Origin: Cirrosporium novae-zelandiae
Taxonomy: Eukaryota
Length of the DNA: 64,000 nt
Direction of reading: 5' to 3'
NCBI GenBank assembly: GCA_026023565.1
Contig: JAPETS010000010.1
Span: 124,001-188,000, forward strand
The notes beneath the pieces were generated by a model. The model had not been told where the DNA came from. It searched no databases and saw only the letters and a list, made by a program, of their open reading frames with translations. The translations under genes and the position numbers were made by a program. Shown in pieces: positions 1-14,818 of the stretch (positions within the stretch are counted from its first letter, which is position 1; the number at the start of each line of letters is the position of its first letter).

Positions 1-452
1 AATCAAGAAAAAAAAAGCATGACAGATGGACGAACAGACCGCTCATAGTCATTATATTCATGCTCATGCCATGATTTTTCAATCTAGTTACATATTTTTT
101 TTTTTACATCAAAACAAAATAAACCCAAAATCTTCTTTGGAAATTCATGTTGGGATTCCGGGCAAAAAATATCATTAGCTTGTTATGTGTGTGTGTGTGC
201 GGTTCGGACTTACTTGGTTGTTGTAGATGGGGAGAAAAAAAGATAATTATAAAAATATTTAACCTCCGAACAAGCATGTTTATTACCAAAGGAGGGGAGA
301 GGAGGAGGAGGAGTGGGAACAGCGAAGTTATACACACCCAAATACACCCAACCCAAATTCCAAATTCTAATTCAAAAGCACTAGCTCTGAAGCATATCTT
401 CCCCTCCCTCCCTTTTTTCCCTTCTTTCTTTTAGCTTTAAGATTCAATTTGG

Positions 453-487
<35 letters not shown>

Positions 488-544
488 AGGGTAATCAAAC
501 CCATCTCATCTCATTCCTTCACCACTCCACTACTTCACCATGCT

Positions 545-1362
545 ACATACACACACACACACATACACACAAGATCAAGATATTTATACATTTATATTCA
601 AATATTCAAATATTCAACCATTCAAGAGAGCTTGAACTTGCAACTGGAACTGCAATTACCTATATGATTGTATTACGGGAGGTTGGAGGAATTTACCTAC
701 ATACACATATACATAAATATCTCTATCCCCTCCCCCCTTATCTCTCTCTACCCAGAGTATCCAACACACCCTATCGCATTCCTTTTCTACGATACATACA
801 TACACACCAGCAACGAGAATAGACCAAACCAAATAGACGGTCTGACACCGATCGACCAGGCAGACCAGACCGAGGGCCTTGGTCGGCTTGGTCTATTCCT
901 TTCCCTGATACACACACAAAATATTTATTTATATTTATATTCCAATATTCAAGAGCTTGGATTTCCAACTGCAATAACCTATATAATTATATTACATTAC
1001 GATTGGGATGAACGAGAGGAGGGGGTGGGAGGTGATTATGGTGGTTGGGGGGGATTTACATATATACACATATACATACATATACACAGCAGACAAAGTG
1101 GTGAGTGGGTGAATGCAAATTTCATCACGGATGCTATATATCTATTTATCCATCCATACACGCACACACACACACAAGACATTTTATCTATATTCAAGAT
1201 TTTGAACCTCAACTTGAACTTTAAAGAGAGGAGGGGGTAATCGTGGTAGTTAGAGGGATTTTATATACACACATACACAGCATAGTAGACAAATGGAATG
1301 AGGATAGGTGAGTGGATGCAGATTTCATCACGGATGTTATAATCTATATCCATCCATACACA

Positions 1363-1398
<36 letters not shown>

Positions 1399-1710
1399 AG
1401 ATATTTATTTATTCATATTCGAATATTCAACCATTCAAGCTCCTCTTGAACCTGCAGTATGATTTCAAATCACCTTTTATAATTATTATCACAGAAATGA
1501 AAGAAGGGGGTGGGGTAATTATGGTGATTGGGGAGGAATTTACATATATATACACATACATATACATGTACATATACATGTACATATACATACATACCCA
1601 GAGTCGAAAAATGGAAAGGAGGTGCATGGATAGATGCAGATATTTCCTCAGAATTGTTGTCAAATTATCGTCAAATATTCGTCATATTTCGTCACGGATG
1701 TTATGTTATA
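545..1710. repeat. Degenerate tandem repeat, about 4 units of 200-350 bp, interleaved with (AC)n/(ATAC)n microsatellites
   Basis: Recurring blocks ACACAAGATATTTAT...ATTCAAG...TTGAAC...GGAATTTACATATATACACAT...GATGCARATTTCATCACGGATG begin at about 560, 910, 1170 and 1390. Confidence 0.75.
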
Positions 1711-2565
1711 TATGCTGGTAATGTATATTGGTATGTTAGTGTGGTGTATCTATCCGTGAATAAATAAATGAAAGGGGATATCTAAGGGATGGATGGATGG
1801 AAGCAGGCAGGTCTCCGTGTGTGTGTGTGTATGTGTGTGTTGGTGTGTGTGTTGGTGTGTGTGTTGGTGTGTGTGTGTGTATGGGAGTGGGTAATCCGAT
1901 CAGATCATATGGATCGGTTTTATAGTTAGATAGTTAGGTAGTTAAGTAGTATATTAGAGGTCTATACTATATTATAGATAAATACCTAGGTATAGACGAT
2001 AACAACACAACTACCCAGTCTATATAGACTATCCCTCCAACCGCCGTCTTCCTCCGCCCCCACACAAAAAAAAAACAAAAAAAAAACAAGAAAAACAAAA
2101 ACGAGATAGGTATATCTCTATCTCTACTTTTAACCTATATAGTTAATCAAATATACACACACATATATATCTACCCAAGTATATCAAAACCCAAAACCCT
2201 GAAGTCTAATTATCTACTTACCTACTTGCCCCTACCCACCTAACCCAAAAAGGGACTTAGGGATATTATTTAGATCTAGATCTATTACCCAGTATTAAGA
2301 TAGTCTATAAGATATATAACCTCCTAAAACTGAGCTAAGCTGTGCTGTGCTGGGGCTATAATAAATAATATAGATCCAAGTTTTAGATAGTTAATTATTT
2401 TAATTCTTTCATTCTTTACATTCTGTACTGTTTCAATGTTCAATGTTCAATGTTCTTATTCTTTGTCCAACCTGGATCTCATAATTAATTAAAAAAAAAA
2501 AAAAAATACTTAGTCTCTATTATCTAGATATCCTAAATCCTTGATTCTACTACGGCTGGCTCCGC

Positions 2566-3195
2566 CACAAAAAGAAAAGAAAAAAATAAGGAAGGGAAAG
2601 GGGGAGGGGAAGGGGAAAAGAAAGGAAAGAGATTGGGTAGTGTATATATCTCATTCTCATTGTCATAATTAAAATCAACCAGCCTATAGCTATAGATAGA
2701 TATATTAATTTCTTGATTTCTTAATTGGTGGCAACAACAGCAGCAGCACAGTACAGCTAACCGCTAGATTCTAATCCAGGGTCCATGATGGCTTTATATA
2801 TGAGGCTGGCTGTAGAGTACATTTTTCTTTTTCTTTTTTTTGGTGGTTTTTATATCCCCCCCCTTTCCTCACAAAAAAAGGAAAGAAGGAGGGGAAGGGA
2901 AAAAGAAAGGAAAGAGATTGGGTAGTATATATATCTATATGATTAATTAATTATTTATTCCCCCTCGTCTCCTCCTATTTCATTCTCATCCCCATAATTT
3001 AAACCCTAGCCCCCAAGTCCACTCCCTCCCTCCCTCACCTACTCATTTTATCTATCCATCTCCCATCTACCCACATATTGGTTGATTAATTGATTAATTG
3101 CAGCAACACAGTACAGCTAATAGCTAAATTCTAATTCAAGTATCGGCTTTATATGTGGGGCTGTACAGTACATTTCTCTCTTTTTTGTTTTTTCC
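2566..3195. repeat. Degenerate direct tandem duplication (two units of about 300 bp)
   Basis: GAAAGGAAAGAGATTGGGTAGT, CACAGTACAGCTAA and GGCTGTA(G/C)AGTACATTT each occur twice in the same order (2566-2840 and 2869-3195). Confidence 0.8.
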
Positions 3196-3747
3196 TTCCT
3201 TCCTTCGTTTCCCATCTCCCCCTCCATCCTCCCCATCCTCCTTGCTTTCCCTTTCCACCCTGCCTGAAATATCCGTGAGCTCTATTTGTCATGAGGAGCG
3301 GAGATGGTGATGACGACGACGACGACGACGATGAGGCGTACATGCATGTTCGCACATGTATGTCTGCATGTATGGATGTGTATATGCGGTGCGGTACCAA
3401 CCAAGGACCAAAACGAACGGATAAAAAATAAAAGGATACGAACCTTGCTTTATTTCTTTCCTTTTTTTTCTCTGTGTATAAACACACAGGCAACGTAATC
3501 CCAGTAATAGTAATAAATACCCAAGTGAAAAAAAAGAAAGAAAGAAAAAAAAACTCCATCAGATAAGGCTGTAAGTACTATAATCCCCCACACCAACAGA
3601 CCAGCCACCTTGCCAAGCCCCCATCCCTGTCTCCGTCCCTAGGGTTCCGGTTGCTTACTTACCGAAAACAAGATTGATGTTTGATGTTTGATGTTTGACT
3701 CTGATGTCATGTCGCTTGTGAGCGCATTATGGCATAGCAAGGAGACT

Positions 3748-6342
3748 CTAGACCGCCTTAGTTTCTTTACTCTTTGCATCGTCTTTTGCCTCAACGGCAA
3801 CACGTCTCTTCCTCTTTTCATGGCCCTCGCCCTCGCGATCAGCGTCGCTTTCATCATCTACTTCGTCATACTCCTCGCCTTCCTCGCGACCCATCTCGGC
3901 TTCCATCTCGGCTTCCATCTCTTCCCTCTGCGTAACTTCGGGTGCGTTCCTCTTCGTGTTTACCTCGCCCCCGTTCATCTGCCATTCCATGAGTTTGACA
4001 AACGCGCCGCCTTCTTTTTGAGTCAGTTCTTCGTATGTGCCTGATTCGGCGACGGTGCCATCCGCAGAGAGGACGATGATGGTGTCGGAGCGCTTGATAG
4101 TGGATAGACGATGCGCGATGCTGATTGTGGTGTTGTTGCCACGGAGGAGTGTTGCGAGGGCACTGTTGACTAGGGTCTCGGATTCGGCATCAAGGGCCGA
4201 TGTGGCTGGTGGGATGTGTTAGCGACGGGACTTAGGTTGGGATCCCTGGGGAGAAGAGTGAAAACTCTTCGACGTACCTTCATCGAGAATAAGGATATCG
4301 GGATTCTTCAAGAGAGCACGTGCAATGGCGACACGTTGTTTCTGGCCGCCGGATAATTGGGCGCCTCTAGCGCCCACGTGGGTGTCAAGACCATCGGGCT
4401 GAAGGTGCATTAGCAAAGGCCATTGAGTTGATTCGTTCAAACTTACAAAATCTCCAATAAACTGGCAGTTTGCCTTCCGGGCTGCAGAAATAATCTCCCA
4501 TCTCGAGGCTTCGGGTTTCCCATATGCGATATTCTCGGCAACAGTCCCGGAGAACAGAACGGGCTCCTGAGCGACGACACCAATTTTTCTCCGTAGAGAT
4601 TTGACATTCATTGTGGAGATATCCACACCGTTGATTTTGATAGTACCTTTAGTGGGCCGATAAAATCTCAAAAGCAAAGCAGCTATGGTGGATTTGCCAC
4701 CTCCCGAAGGGCCGACGATTGCAACATGGCTTCCCTGTCGTATTTCAAAGTCGAGGTGCTTAAAGATGGTCACAGCAGGTCTTGTAGGATAGCTGAATGC
4801 AACATTTTCAAAAGTAATGGGGCCACGAGCTGATTTAACTTTGACGCCTTTGGTTGGTGAGATAGTTGGCTCTCGGTCTTGAAGTTCGAACAATCGACTT
4901 GCTGCACCAACACCTTTCATCAATTCAGAGTAGAAGCTGGAGAGACCAACGAGACTAGAACCTGCATAGACTGTGTACATAAGAAATGATGTTAGATCGC
5001 CGATACTGATGGCACCACTATGTACCATATTGCCACCAAACCAAAGGAGGAGGATAATTGTCAGGTTTCCAGCAAAGCCAGTCTGATAAAGGGATTAGCT
5101 GGGTATCTAGTAATTTAGAAATATACTTACAGAACTGAAAAAGGTAGCGCTGATCAACGCTTCCTTCTTCCCCAGTTCAAATACTTTTCTCACTTGCTTA
5201 TTATATCGGCGGACTTCTAGCATTTCTCCAGCAAAGGATTGACTTGTTCGGACATTGCCCAAACGCTCCTCGGCAATCTTGGTCAAGGTCCCTAAGTTTT
5301 TCTGGATCTGCCGGCTCAGTTTCCTTAAAGCTCTACCGTAGAAGAAGGCCCCAATCGCAATCGGGGGCATTACCAAAGCCAAAAGCCCAGTCAACTGTAA
5401 ACTGACATATGCCATGAGCCCGAATCCTGCTATCCCACTCACAAGAGCCCGTAGACCATCCGATAAATTCTGCGTGATGCTTTTTCCAACAATCAGACTG
5501 TCAGAACCAAGACGTGAGATGAGATCTCCAACCCGATTCGCATCAAAGAATTCTGCATCTTGAACATAGGTTCGACGGAAGAGCTGCGAACGTAGTCTCG
5601 TCACGACCCTTTCTCCCACAATACGTAGAATAATAATTCGGCCATAATTTGACACAGCGCCGACCGCTAGAACTCCAGCGAGAGCAAAGTAAAAGGTTTT
5701 TATATCCATTCCGAAGAGAACTGCTCCATCTTCTGCAGATTTTGTAGCAACATCCATGATTCTTCCAATTGAAAATGGTATCGACATTGTGATGGCAGAA
5801 GAGACCAAGAGAAATACACAGGCCAAGCCCAAAGATTTAGCCTCTGGTCGTGCTATCTTGATTAACCTCCATATTTCCGAGGGCCCTGGTTTGCCTTGAG
5901 ATGCTCCATCTTTTCCTAACCTTGCACTAAGATTGACATGAGTAGCTTGGTCTGCTTTCTCCGATCTCGCAAAGCCCACGACTTCCTCTGTCGCATCATC
6001 TTCTTCCTGAGCTTTAGATCTCTCCTGTCTCTTGGGTGGAATAGGCTGCGATTCGAAAAAGGCTTTGGTGGTGGAGAAAGTGCGTAATTGCCTTGAGATT
6101 GAAGACGGTAGAGCGGAAGGCTTATGAATCACATCGAGGCGCAAACTGTTCTTTGAAAGTTGGCGTGCGGGTTTGGGGATTAGAACGCCCTGAAATACAT
6201 TTGAACATCCATCGACGGTTCTCGAATGACTTTTGGAGCTGTAAGATTTAGATCCTCTATTAAATAACAAAAAAGGAAGCTCTGCTCTCGTTGGGGTTGG
6301 GCAGGCCCTCCGGTAGAGCGTAGGCAACACCGAACTGCGCAT
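3748..6342 (-). CDS. MDL1: Mitochondrial ABC half-transporter (ABCB10/Mdl1 family), 3 introns
   Basis: Arg/Ser-rich presequence, ABC membrane domain, Walker [10 protein letters not shown], signature LSGGQKQR and ILILDE/ATSALD across an intron; the last exon runs in frame into ORF 3748..3990. Confidence 0.93.
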
Positions 6343-6835
6343 GATTCAATTTGGCCTAAACTGCCTGCCAGTATCACCGGCAGAAGTGGCATAGAGATAT
6401 GAACATGCTGCGATGTTTAGTAGATTGCTTAAGAGCTTATGAATATATGAAAACAACGAGTGTTGGGTTCTTGTTCGGGTCCAAGAATCCTATAAGCAAT
6501 TGGAAATGAAAAGAGTTCGGACCGGAATGACGGGGGTGATCTTTTAGAGTCAATCTTAGTGACGTCGCGAGGGGGATATTTGTTGGTTTTCCTTCCTTCA
6601 GTTATTGGTGAGAAAGGACCCATCTCATTACACGGGCAACTCCTTCGAGAAAGCCACAGAAACTCATACATAAAAAGAAACCTTCATTCCATGTCATGCC
6701 ACGTCTACGTGAAATACATTATTTTGAACCAGAAGCTCAATAAGTCTACCACTCCAGCCAAGGACCTACACGATATCTTGAGATAACGACTTGTCAACAC
6801 AAAGGACCCCGCAATTTAAATAAACAGCAGTCAAA

Positions 6836-8417
6836 ATGGCACTCGACTACAGCAAATGGGACGCCCTCGAGCTGTCGGATGATTCGGATATTGAAGTGCA
6901 TCCCAATGTCGACAAGAGATCCTTCATTCGAGCCAAACAAAATCAGATCCATGAGCAGCGCCAAAGACGAAGAATGGAAATTGAGACCTTAAAGTATGAA
7001 CGCATTATCAACGATGGTCTCTTGACACGTATAGACCATCTTCTTGATGCCTTGAAAAGTCATGAAAAAGATACACAAACAAACCCGGATCAATTGGTCT
7101 TTCAGGCTTTGATCGAGTCTGCTGGAGAGTTTGATGATGACCAGCCGCCAAAGCCTCCTCCAGGAGTGCATAGTCAAACGAGTGAACAACCGCCTTATTC
7201 CAAGATGATGGGTACTTTAGTAGACCAGGTGAAGACCGAGGTTGACGAATCTGAGTCAGCAGACCGCTATCAGAGTTACATTACTGGAGTCAAGGGACAC
7301 CAGAAAAAGGTCAAGGACTTGCAAAAGCAGCTACTGGCAAAGCTGGCTGAACTTGAAAAAGAGGAACGCAGCAAAATCACTAGTGAGAGCTATCATACAG
7401 GATTTGATAGCAGCTTCGTGTCCCACGCACAAGGAAAAGAAGACACTTCCGGCAAGAAAAAGGGCAAGGCGGAAACAGTCGAGGTCCTCAACCCTGGCGC
7501 CTTGAAACGAGATACTCTTAAAAGGCAGGACACCGGAGTGTCATCTGGCGCTGAAGCTGATATCGAAGATGCAGCTGAACCAGGCCCCGCTGCTGCTGGT
7601 GAAGACGATGATGATGCAGACATCGAGCCCACTGAACTTGGAAAGCAATTTGGAAATATCAAGATAGGTGACTATCGTGCTTCTCTTCAATTTATATCAC
7701 AAAATCCTACTATATTATCCGAAAGAGAGACAGATGGGTTACTTGTGCAGGCCTTCAACGCCCAGACGGCAGGGAAGGATGAACTAGCAAAGCAGAGCGT
7801 CCATCAAGCATTGCTTTTACAGTATTGCCGTGCTTTAGGCCGAGACGGAGTAGCTCTATTCTTCAAGAGGTATATACATTCACCAATTCCTCCCCCTCCA
7901 CTCCAACTAACCATCTCCTAGAATCACAATGAAAGACCACCAAGCCGGAAAGATCTTCCGCGACGACGTCGAAACCACCTACAACCGTATCAAAACCCGC
8001 ACTGCTGAGCTGGCCCGCGAAAGCGCCGAGCGCGGCGAAGCCGGCGTCGAGCAAATTCAACTCCACGCCGTTGAGCCCGGCACGGAAATCAACATCTCCG
8101 TGCCCCAACCCGATTCCACGGACGAAACCGAACAGAACTCGAGAAAAATCTTTGAGAGTTTTCCTCCAGGCCTGCAGAGAGCGCTTGAAACGGGTAGTCT
8201 GGATGAGGTTAATAAGGTGCTGGGGAAGATGAGTGTGGATGAAGCGGAGGAGATCGTCAAGGGGATGGGAGAGGGGGGGATGTTGAGTATTGAGGAACAG
8301 ATTATTGACGCTACGACCAAGGAAGGACAGGCTGCTGTTGAGGCTTTGGAGAAGGAAAGGCAGGAGGCTGCGTCGTCATCAGCTGCAGCCACTGGTCCGA
8401 CCCCTGATCCCGAATGA
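6836..8417 (+). CDS. CDC37: Hsp90 kinase co-chaperone Cdc37, 1 intron (about 7870-7921)
   Basis: Diagnostic N-terminus DYSKWDALELSDDSDIEVHPNVDKRSFIR; C-terminal FESFPPGLQRALE domain. Confidence 0.97.
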
Positions 8418-8828
8418 GAAGGACAAAATTTGTTCAAGTGTTTTACAAGATGAAGCGAAAAAATTCGGTTTCAATTGAGACTTGCTGGTTTTCTTGTTTT
8501 CTTGCCAAGTTGCCATCAAAAAGCATGTACTCCATTTTGTCTGAGGTAGATTCTAGACTTGATCAAAAACACTTTACGAATTAGACTGAGAACATTCATG
8601 CAAAAGCTTTATAAATGCGAAAGTATACTGGATTGGCTTCAATCCACATATTATTTCATTTTCAAGGGGTTCGGATGTACAGTCAATATCAACGTCTATC
8701 CGATATCTTTAATAGCAGGAAAAACCCAGTAAGGAACCCTCCCGAGCCCCAGGAGACTTTTGACGCCATGTAATGAGATCCTTCGCCCACCATCGTCTGC
8801 CTCATACCCCCCGATGTTAACACTCCTC

Positions 8829-9776
8829 TTAATACCCAGTTGCTCCCGGAGCCTTTTCATCCTTCCGCAAGTCCAACAGAAGTTGCCTGAATTTCTCCTT
8901 TCCGGTTCCATGTGCGCCACCTTTTGAACCCTTTCCGCTGAGGTCGACCAGCTTGGCAATACGCTCCCAGCTTGTGCCTCCAGCTGATGTGTCTTCCCGA
9001 TTGGCAAGAAATTCTTCAGCTTCCTGTCGGGTTTGGGTAACGCCCTTGTCCCTTTTATTGTTGTAATTCTCGTAAAAGTCATCGATCGCTTGTTGGGCGG
9101 CTTTGATAGTCTCGGCTTTCTTGGTAGCGGAAACTTCATCCCTATGTTGAATTGCAAGGTCTCGTCGTTCACGCCATTCCCTAGGACACCAGCTTGTTAG
9201 TAATTCAAAGGGGAAAAGATGTGGGCAAGAATAGCTCACTTTATGACCTGGGGCTCTTCTTCTGGGGCGGAATAGCCGGTGTAGCCTAATGCTGGTTGTC
9301 CAGGGAGAAAGGGTGCAGTTGAACCAGTAATTGTTCCTCCAGGGGCAACTTGCTAGATGATATTAGCAAAGACAACATATAACATTGCACTGGAATATAA
9401 TTGAGAACACACTTCATTCTGTGTATCGATTGCGGGAAAGGAACTTTCGAAATCCGTCATGGGCTCCCCAGCAGGCACATCAAAGCCAGCATCACCGCCA
9501 CCTAACAAATCGTCATCAGGAGCCTCTTCAACAGTTGCCGAGGTATTTGTAGCAGTATCATTTGGAGTGACGAATAGGTCGGCATCGTCTCCCAGTAGGG
9601 CCCTCTCTCGCGCCAGGAAATCCTCATCAGCTGGAGCTCCGTCGAGCCCAGATGTTTCAGGTCGAGGCTCAGTCTGACCTGAGATAAAATGAGTAATGGA
9701 ACAAATTTTGAATTGATGGAGCGCTATTATAATTACCTTCAGAGAACTCTTCTAGAGATGGGAATCGATCTGCCAT
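8829..9776 (-). CDS. CLC1: Clathrin light chain, 3 introns
   Basis: Start MADRFPSLEEF; DFLARERALLGDDA; EWRERR coiled coil; C-terminal GTSWERIAKLVD...LRKDEKAPGATGY. Confidence 0.93.
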
Positions 9777-10053
9777 GGTGACTTGTTTGGAGTTTTGGAC
9801 GACGTGAGGGAAATGTTGTCCCCTTGAGGAGCTCTTTCAGGTGTTGGTCGGCGTTAGGAAATTGCCGTTGCGACGCTCCGGCCAAGAACTCGCTTTCGAG
9901 TTGATAGCTTTCACTACTTCAAGCTTCATTAGCAAAACACAACACAACAGTCGGAGGAGTGAAAGACCAGAAACAACAAATTGGTTCTACTGAGTTGAGA
10001 TTATCTGGAGATCTATACAAACATTCATCTCTGCTTGTCAATGTCTAGCAGAT

Positions 10054-11617
10054 ATGGCGTATACAGATGATGCCGTCAAAGGAAAACTATCAGCCTTGAA
10101 TGAAACTCAAGACAGCATTGTGACCACCGCGCAGTGGTTGATATTCCATAGGTGAGCCAGAGCTATTAAACTTAGCTACTATAGATTCCTGTAAAGTCCT
10201 AGCTAACAATCCCTAGACGCCATGCCGACAGAACTGCTCAAATTTGGTCGACTAGGCTTCGAGACTCGGGCGCAAATAAGAGACTGAACCTCATCTATCT
10301 TGCAAACGGTTCGTAGGAACCTACCCCTTTATTTCAACTATGATGGCTATAAAGTGTCAATCAACACGATCATATCATAAATTTGCGATGTATAGCTAAT
10401 CTTTATTTTAGAAATCGTCCAACAGTGTAAAGCCCGAAAGCGTGACGAGTTTCTCACAGCCTTTTCCCCAGTGAGTTTCTAGACAAATTTGTATCCTTTG
10501 ATGCAATGCTTATTACTTTCTACAGATAATTGCCGATGCGACATCATCCGCGTATAAGGGTGCAACCAATGATGTCCAAACCAAGTTGAAGCGAGTTGTG
10601 GAGGTTTGGAGACAGAGGCAAATATTTGAGCTTCCAATTCAAGAAGCTGTAGAGAAGCGTATATCTGGTAATTATTTCTACAAAATCGCCAACAATGGTT
10701 TTTGCTGACCTCTAGATCTTGATAAATCGCGGTCATCTGGGAAGAGGGGCTTTCTAAGCGGTGGTTCTTTGTTTTCGGATGCAGCTTCCTCCACGCCTTC
10801 CGAACTACAGCCACTAGTCCCATTACAAGTTTCATGCAACAAGGCTGCTGGCAATGCTCTTACGGTTGTGCCAACAGCAGATGCAGATTACGACAAGATG
10901 GTTGATCCCTCCACAACATTACCCTCCCCGCCTGTCCATGCCGCTCGGCTCAGTGCACTGCTCAAATTACTTGCTAATGCGGAAGGCGCAGTAGCAGAGG
11001 GTATTAAAGCTCGCAAAGCACTTGTAGAGGGATTGGAGAAAGTACTTGAGACAAACAAAACGGCGCTTGCGAAAGAGGAAACCCAGGCAGAGGAACTGGC
11101 ACACCGGAAAACCGTTATCGAGACCATGAAACGTAATGTAGAAGACGCAATCATGAGGGGTCTTTCTGCAGAATCTACACCGAATAATGACCATGGTGGT
11201 AGTCACACCCCTCCAGGTCTACCGCACGATTCACCAGTCCAAGAACTAGAACGTCCAGACGTGGAAGAACTTACGCCACCACCCGTAGAATCCCTTACGC
11301 CAATTGGGTCGCCATCTGCGTTCATGTCTACAGGCGCTGATCTCGTACATGAACAACAACTAAATCACAACGAACTTCCTCTACCTATTCAACCACCACT
11401 TATCCCTGCTGGCGCGCCTGCAGACCTGCTCTCAAGCCTCTCGATGCCTCCCGTACATCATTCAAACCCACTTAGTTTGTCTAATGGGTACTCGAACAAG
11501 AAGAGGAAGATTGAGGAGGGCGATGCATATGCTGGGTTTGTTGCTGGTGAAGATGCCATGGAAGGGATTGATGCTGACGTTGCAGAACTATTACGACAAG
11601 AAAGTCGAGGCCGTTAG
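10054..11617 (+). CDS. RTT103: CTD-interacting-domain (CID/RPR) protein, Rtt103-like, 4 introns
   Basis: Spliced N-terminus MAYTDDAVKGKLSALNETQDSIVTTAQWLIFHRRHA...KRLNLIYLANEIVQ...RVVEVWRQR, followed by a coiled coil. Confidence 0.85.
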
Positions 11618-11959
11618 GATATACATAGAATATTTGTTTGCCGTTGTGACGAGAAGGGCTCATCAAACTCCGAGGTGGAATTATTCTTGAGTTGAGAGAG
11701 AAAGATGGTACAAGATCGTTGTGGTTATGGTTTGTTTAATCATGGGCTCATGGCGAGCTTAACTTTTCCTGAAGTTATGGTCCAAGTCAATATTTTGGGC
11801 AGTACTTGGGCGACGATTCTACTTCATCATAGATATTCAATTTTTGCTATACCCAATATCATGCTTCTGGCTAGCAGCCGGCTACGATATTAAAAGAATA
11901 CAATAAGCATGGAGAGTTCCAAAATCTTTTACATTAGACATTACTCGCAAAATCTAAGC

Positions 11960-13378
11960 TCACGACCTGGTCCTCTCCTCTTCCCATAGCCTCCGTTTTC
12001 TCCTTCTCCAATCCCGTCTGCTCGGAGGACTCGGGGCCCCAAAAATATCCGACATACCGTCGGGGGGTGCTAGTCCGTTGCCGTCATTTGAAGTTCCTGC
12101 TTCGCCGTCGGCGTTGATGGGTGGGGCATCTTGTTGGGGGTGGTCGTCGGGAGATGAGACGGAATCGGGGATAGACTGGGAACGTTTAGGCTTGACGAGG
12201 AGGAGGATGAACATGCCGATGACGAGGAGAAAGAGGAGGAGAAGGGCCTTGCGTTTTGTTGTGCGGCGTTGGTAGGATGTTGCCTAGGGTGTAGAATATT
12301 AGTATGTGACCTAATGGGGTTATGGTTTTTTTTTTTTTTGTTTATGGATGGAACGTACAATTGTTAGTTCCTTGTCCGCCTCCTTCACTTCCACCGCCAT
12401 CCTCTCCACGTTATAGTCAATTCTATCGAGCATCGTCCCCTGGTCTATGATCATAGATTGGAGATCCTTGAATATATCTGCAAGCTCGATGATGCCCTTG
12501 GCTATATCTGTTATTTCTCGTTCTCGTTGCGCAATGGTAGCATCGTTACTTGAGTATCGAGTTTGAGTTTGTTGGAGTGTAGATTGTGAAAACGATTTGT
12601 CGGCGTCTGATTCCATCATCGAGGGATCTGTATAAGGGTTGAGGGGTGTCGATGAGCGTTCTAGGGAAGGGGTGGACATGCCGCCTAGATCGCGGAGTTC
12701 TATAGATTGCGTCAGCTAGAATATCGAATATGCCATGATTGCTTTTTTCATACTCTTGAGATAGCTACTTTGCTTTTTTCTGAAACCTGCGCTGGCCTCC
12801 TGAACACGTCCCGCCAGCGAGATTTGTATGTTCCGGGCCATGGTCTCTTCTCCATTGCTGACTCCTCCTTGTTGCTTTGCATCCCGAACCATCATCTCAA
12901 TCCGCTGTATGGATCTTTGACAATCATGAAATCCTCGAGTGATGGCCTGCGTCAACCGTTCTATATCCCCTTCCTCTCTTCGTTTGACATCTTCATCATC
13001 AAAGCCCGGAAGCACATGTTTTTGATGTAGTTTGTCAAGCTGGGAAGACTTTGCTGCAATATCGGCCAATAATTCCGTCACCTCATCTTGAATGTCGGTC
13101 CAGCGTGGAGGTAAAAGGTCCATTTCAATAACTGCATCCCCGTCATCCTCGAAAGCACCAGCAGACATAAGCCCCCGGCGTTCGTCGGAGACAAGAACAT
13201 CGTCGGAGTATCCATTTTGTGTAGACGCAGGAGCATAGCGTTGCCTCTTAGCAGGGTGGTGAGTATAGGATTGGCGATAGGAAATATATCTGGTGTTGCA
13301 TCGGGTTAGGGAAACGGGTATCTCGAAAGCATGTGGTTGGGGGGTTGGAGCTTACAGGTTGGTTCTGTCCCGCCACAT
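11960..13378 (-). CDS. TLG2: Syntaxin-16-like t-SNARE Tlg2, 3 introns
   Basis: Start MWRDRTNLYISYRQ; LPPRW...HVLPGFDD; SNARE motif IIDQGTMLDRIDYNVE; C-terminal TM segment. Confidence 0.95.
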
Positions 13379-13909
13379 GGCCTAAGTTAAATGGAAAGGA
13401 AAGGATGGAAGTTGGAGGGTGGCCCAGATGGCGGTGAAGAATGGGTATCATGAATTATTGGAAATGGGCCTGATCATGTTCGTGGGCCAGAAGGAATTAT
13501 TTGGATGTCCTGTCTAGACTGTAGACTGTATACTGTACAGACTTGTACCGCAGTCGACACACAGGACAGGACACAGCCCAAGGGCAAACGTAACTAGCGT
13601 AGCCCCCCGGAAATCATGTCTTCAGCCCTGAGACTTGGCATTGGTTCTTGGTCTTGGTCTGATGGTTCCATGGTTCCATGGGGTTTGGCGAAAGATCAAA
13701 CACAACAAAAGTAGCACGGGGGGAATCACTCCCCTCCTCTTTTCCCTCTTTCCAGTAAATGATGAGAAACAACTAAAACTAATCTCATCAATTCTCCTAA
13801 ATAACCCCCCGACATCTATTTGTATTGCATCTTCCTTTTTCTTCCTAATTTTTCATCTGCCAACATCCCTTTTCCACTCTTACCTACTACATCCAAAACT
13901 ACAATCGCA

Positions 13910-14818
<909 letters not shown>

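Noticed and set aside
104..1767. ORFs of 67-190 aa in the first 1.8 kb
   Set aside because: They are translations of microsatellites and repeats (HTHT, YIYI, SLSL) with no protein-like features.
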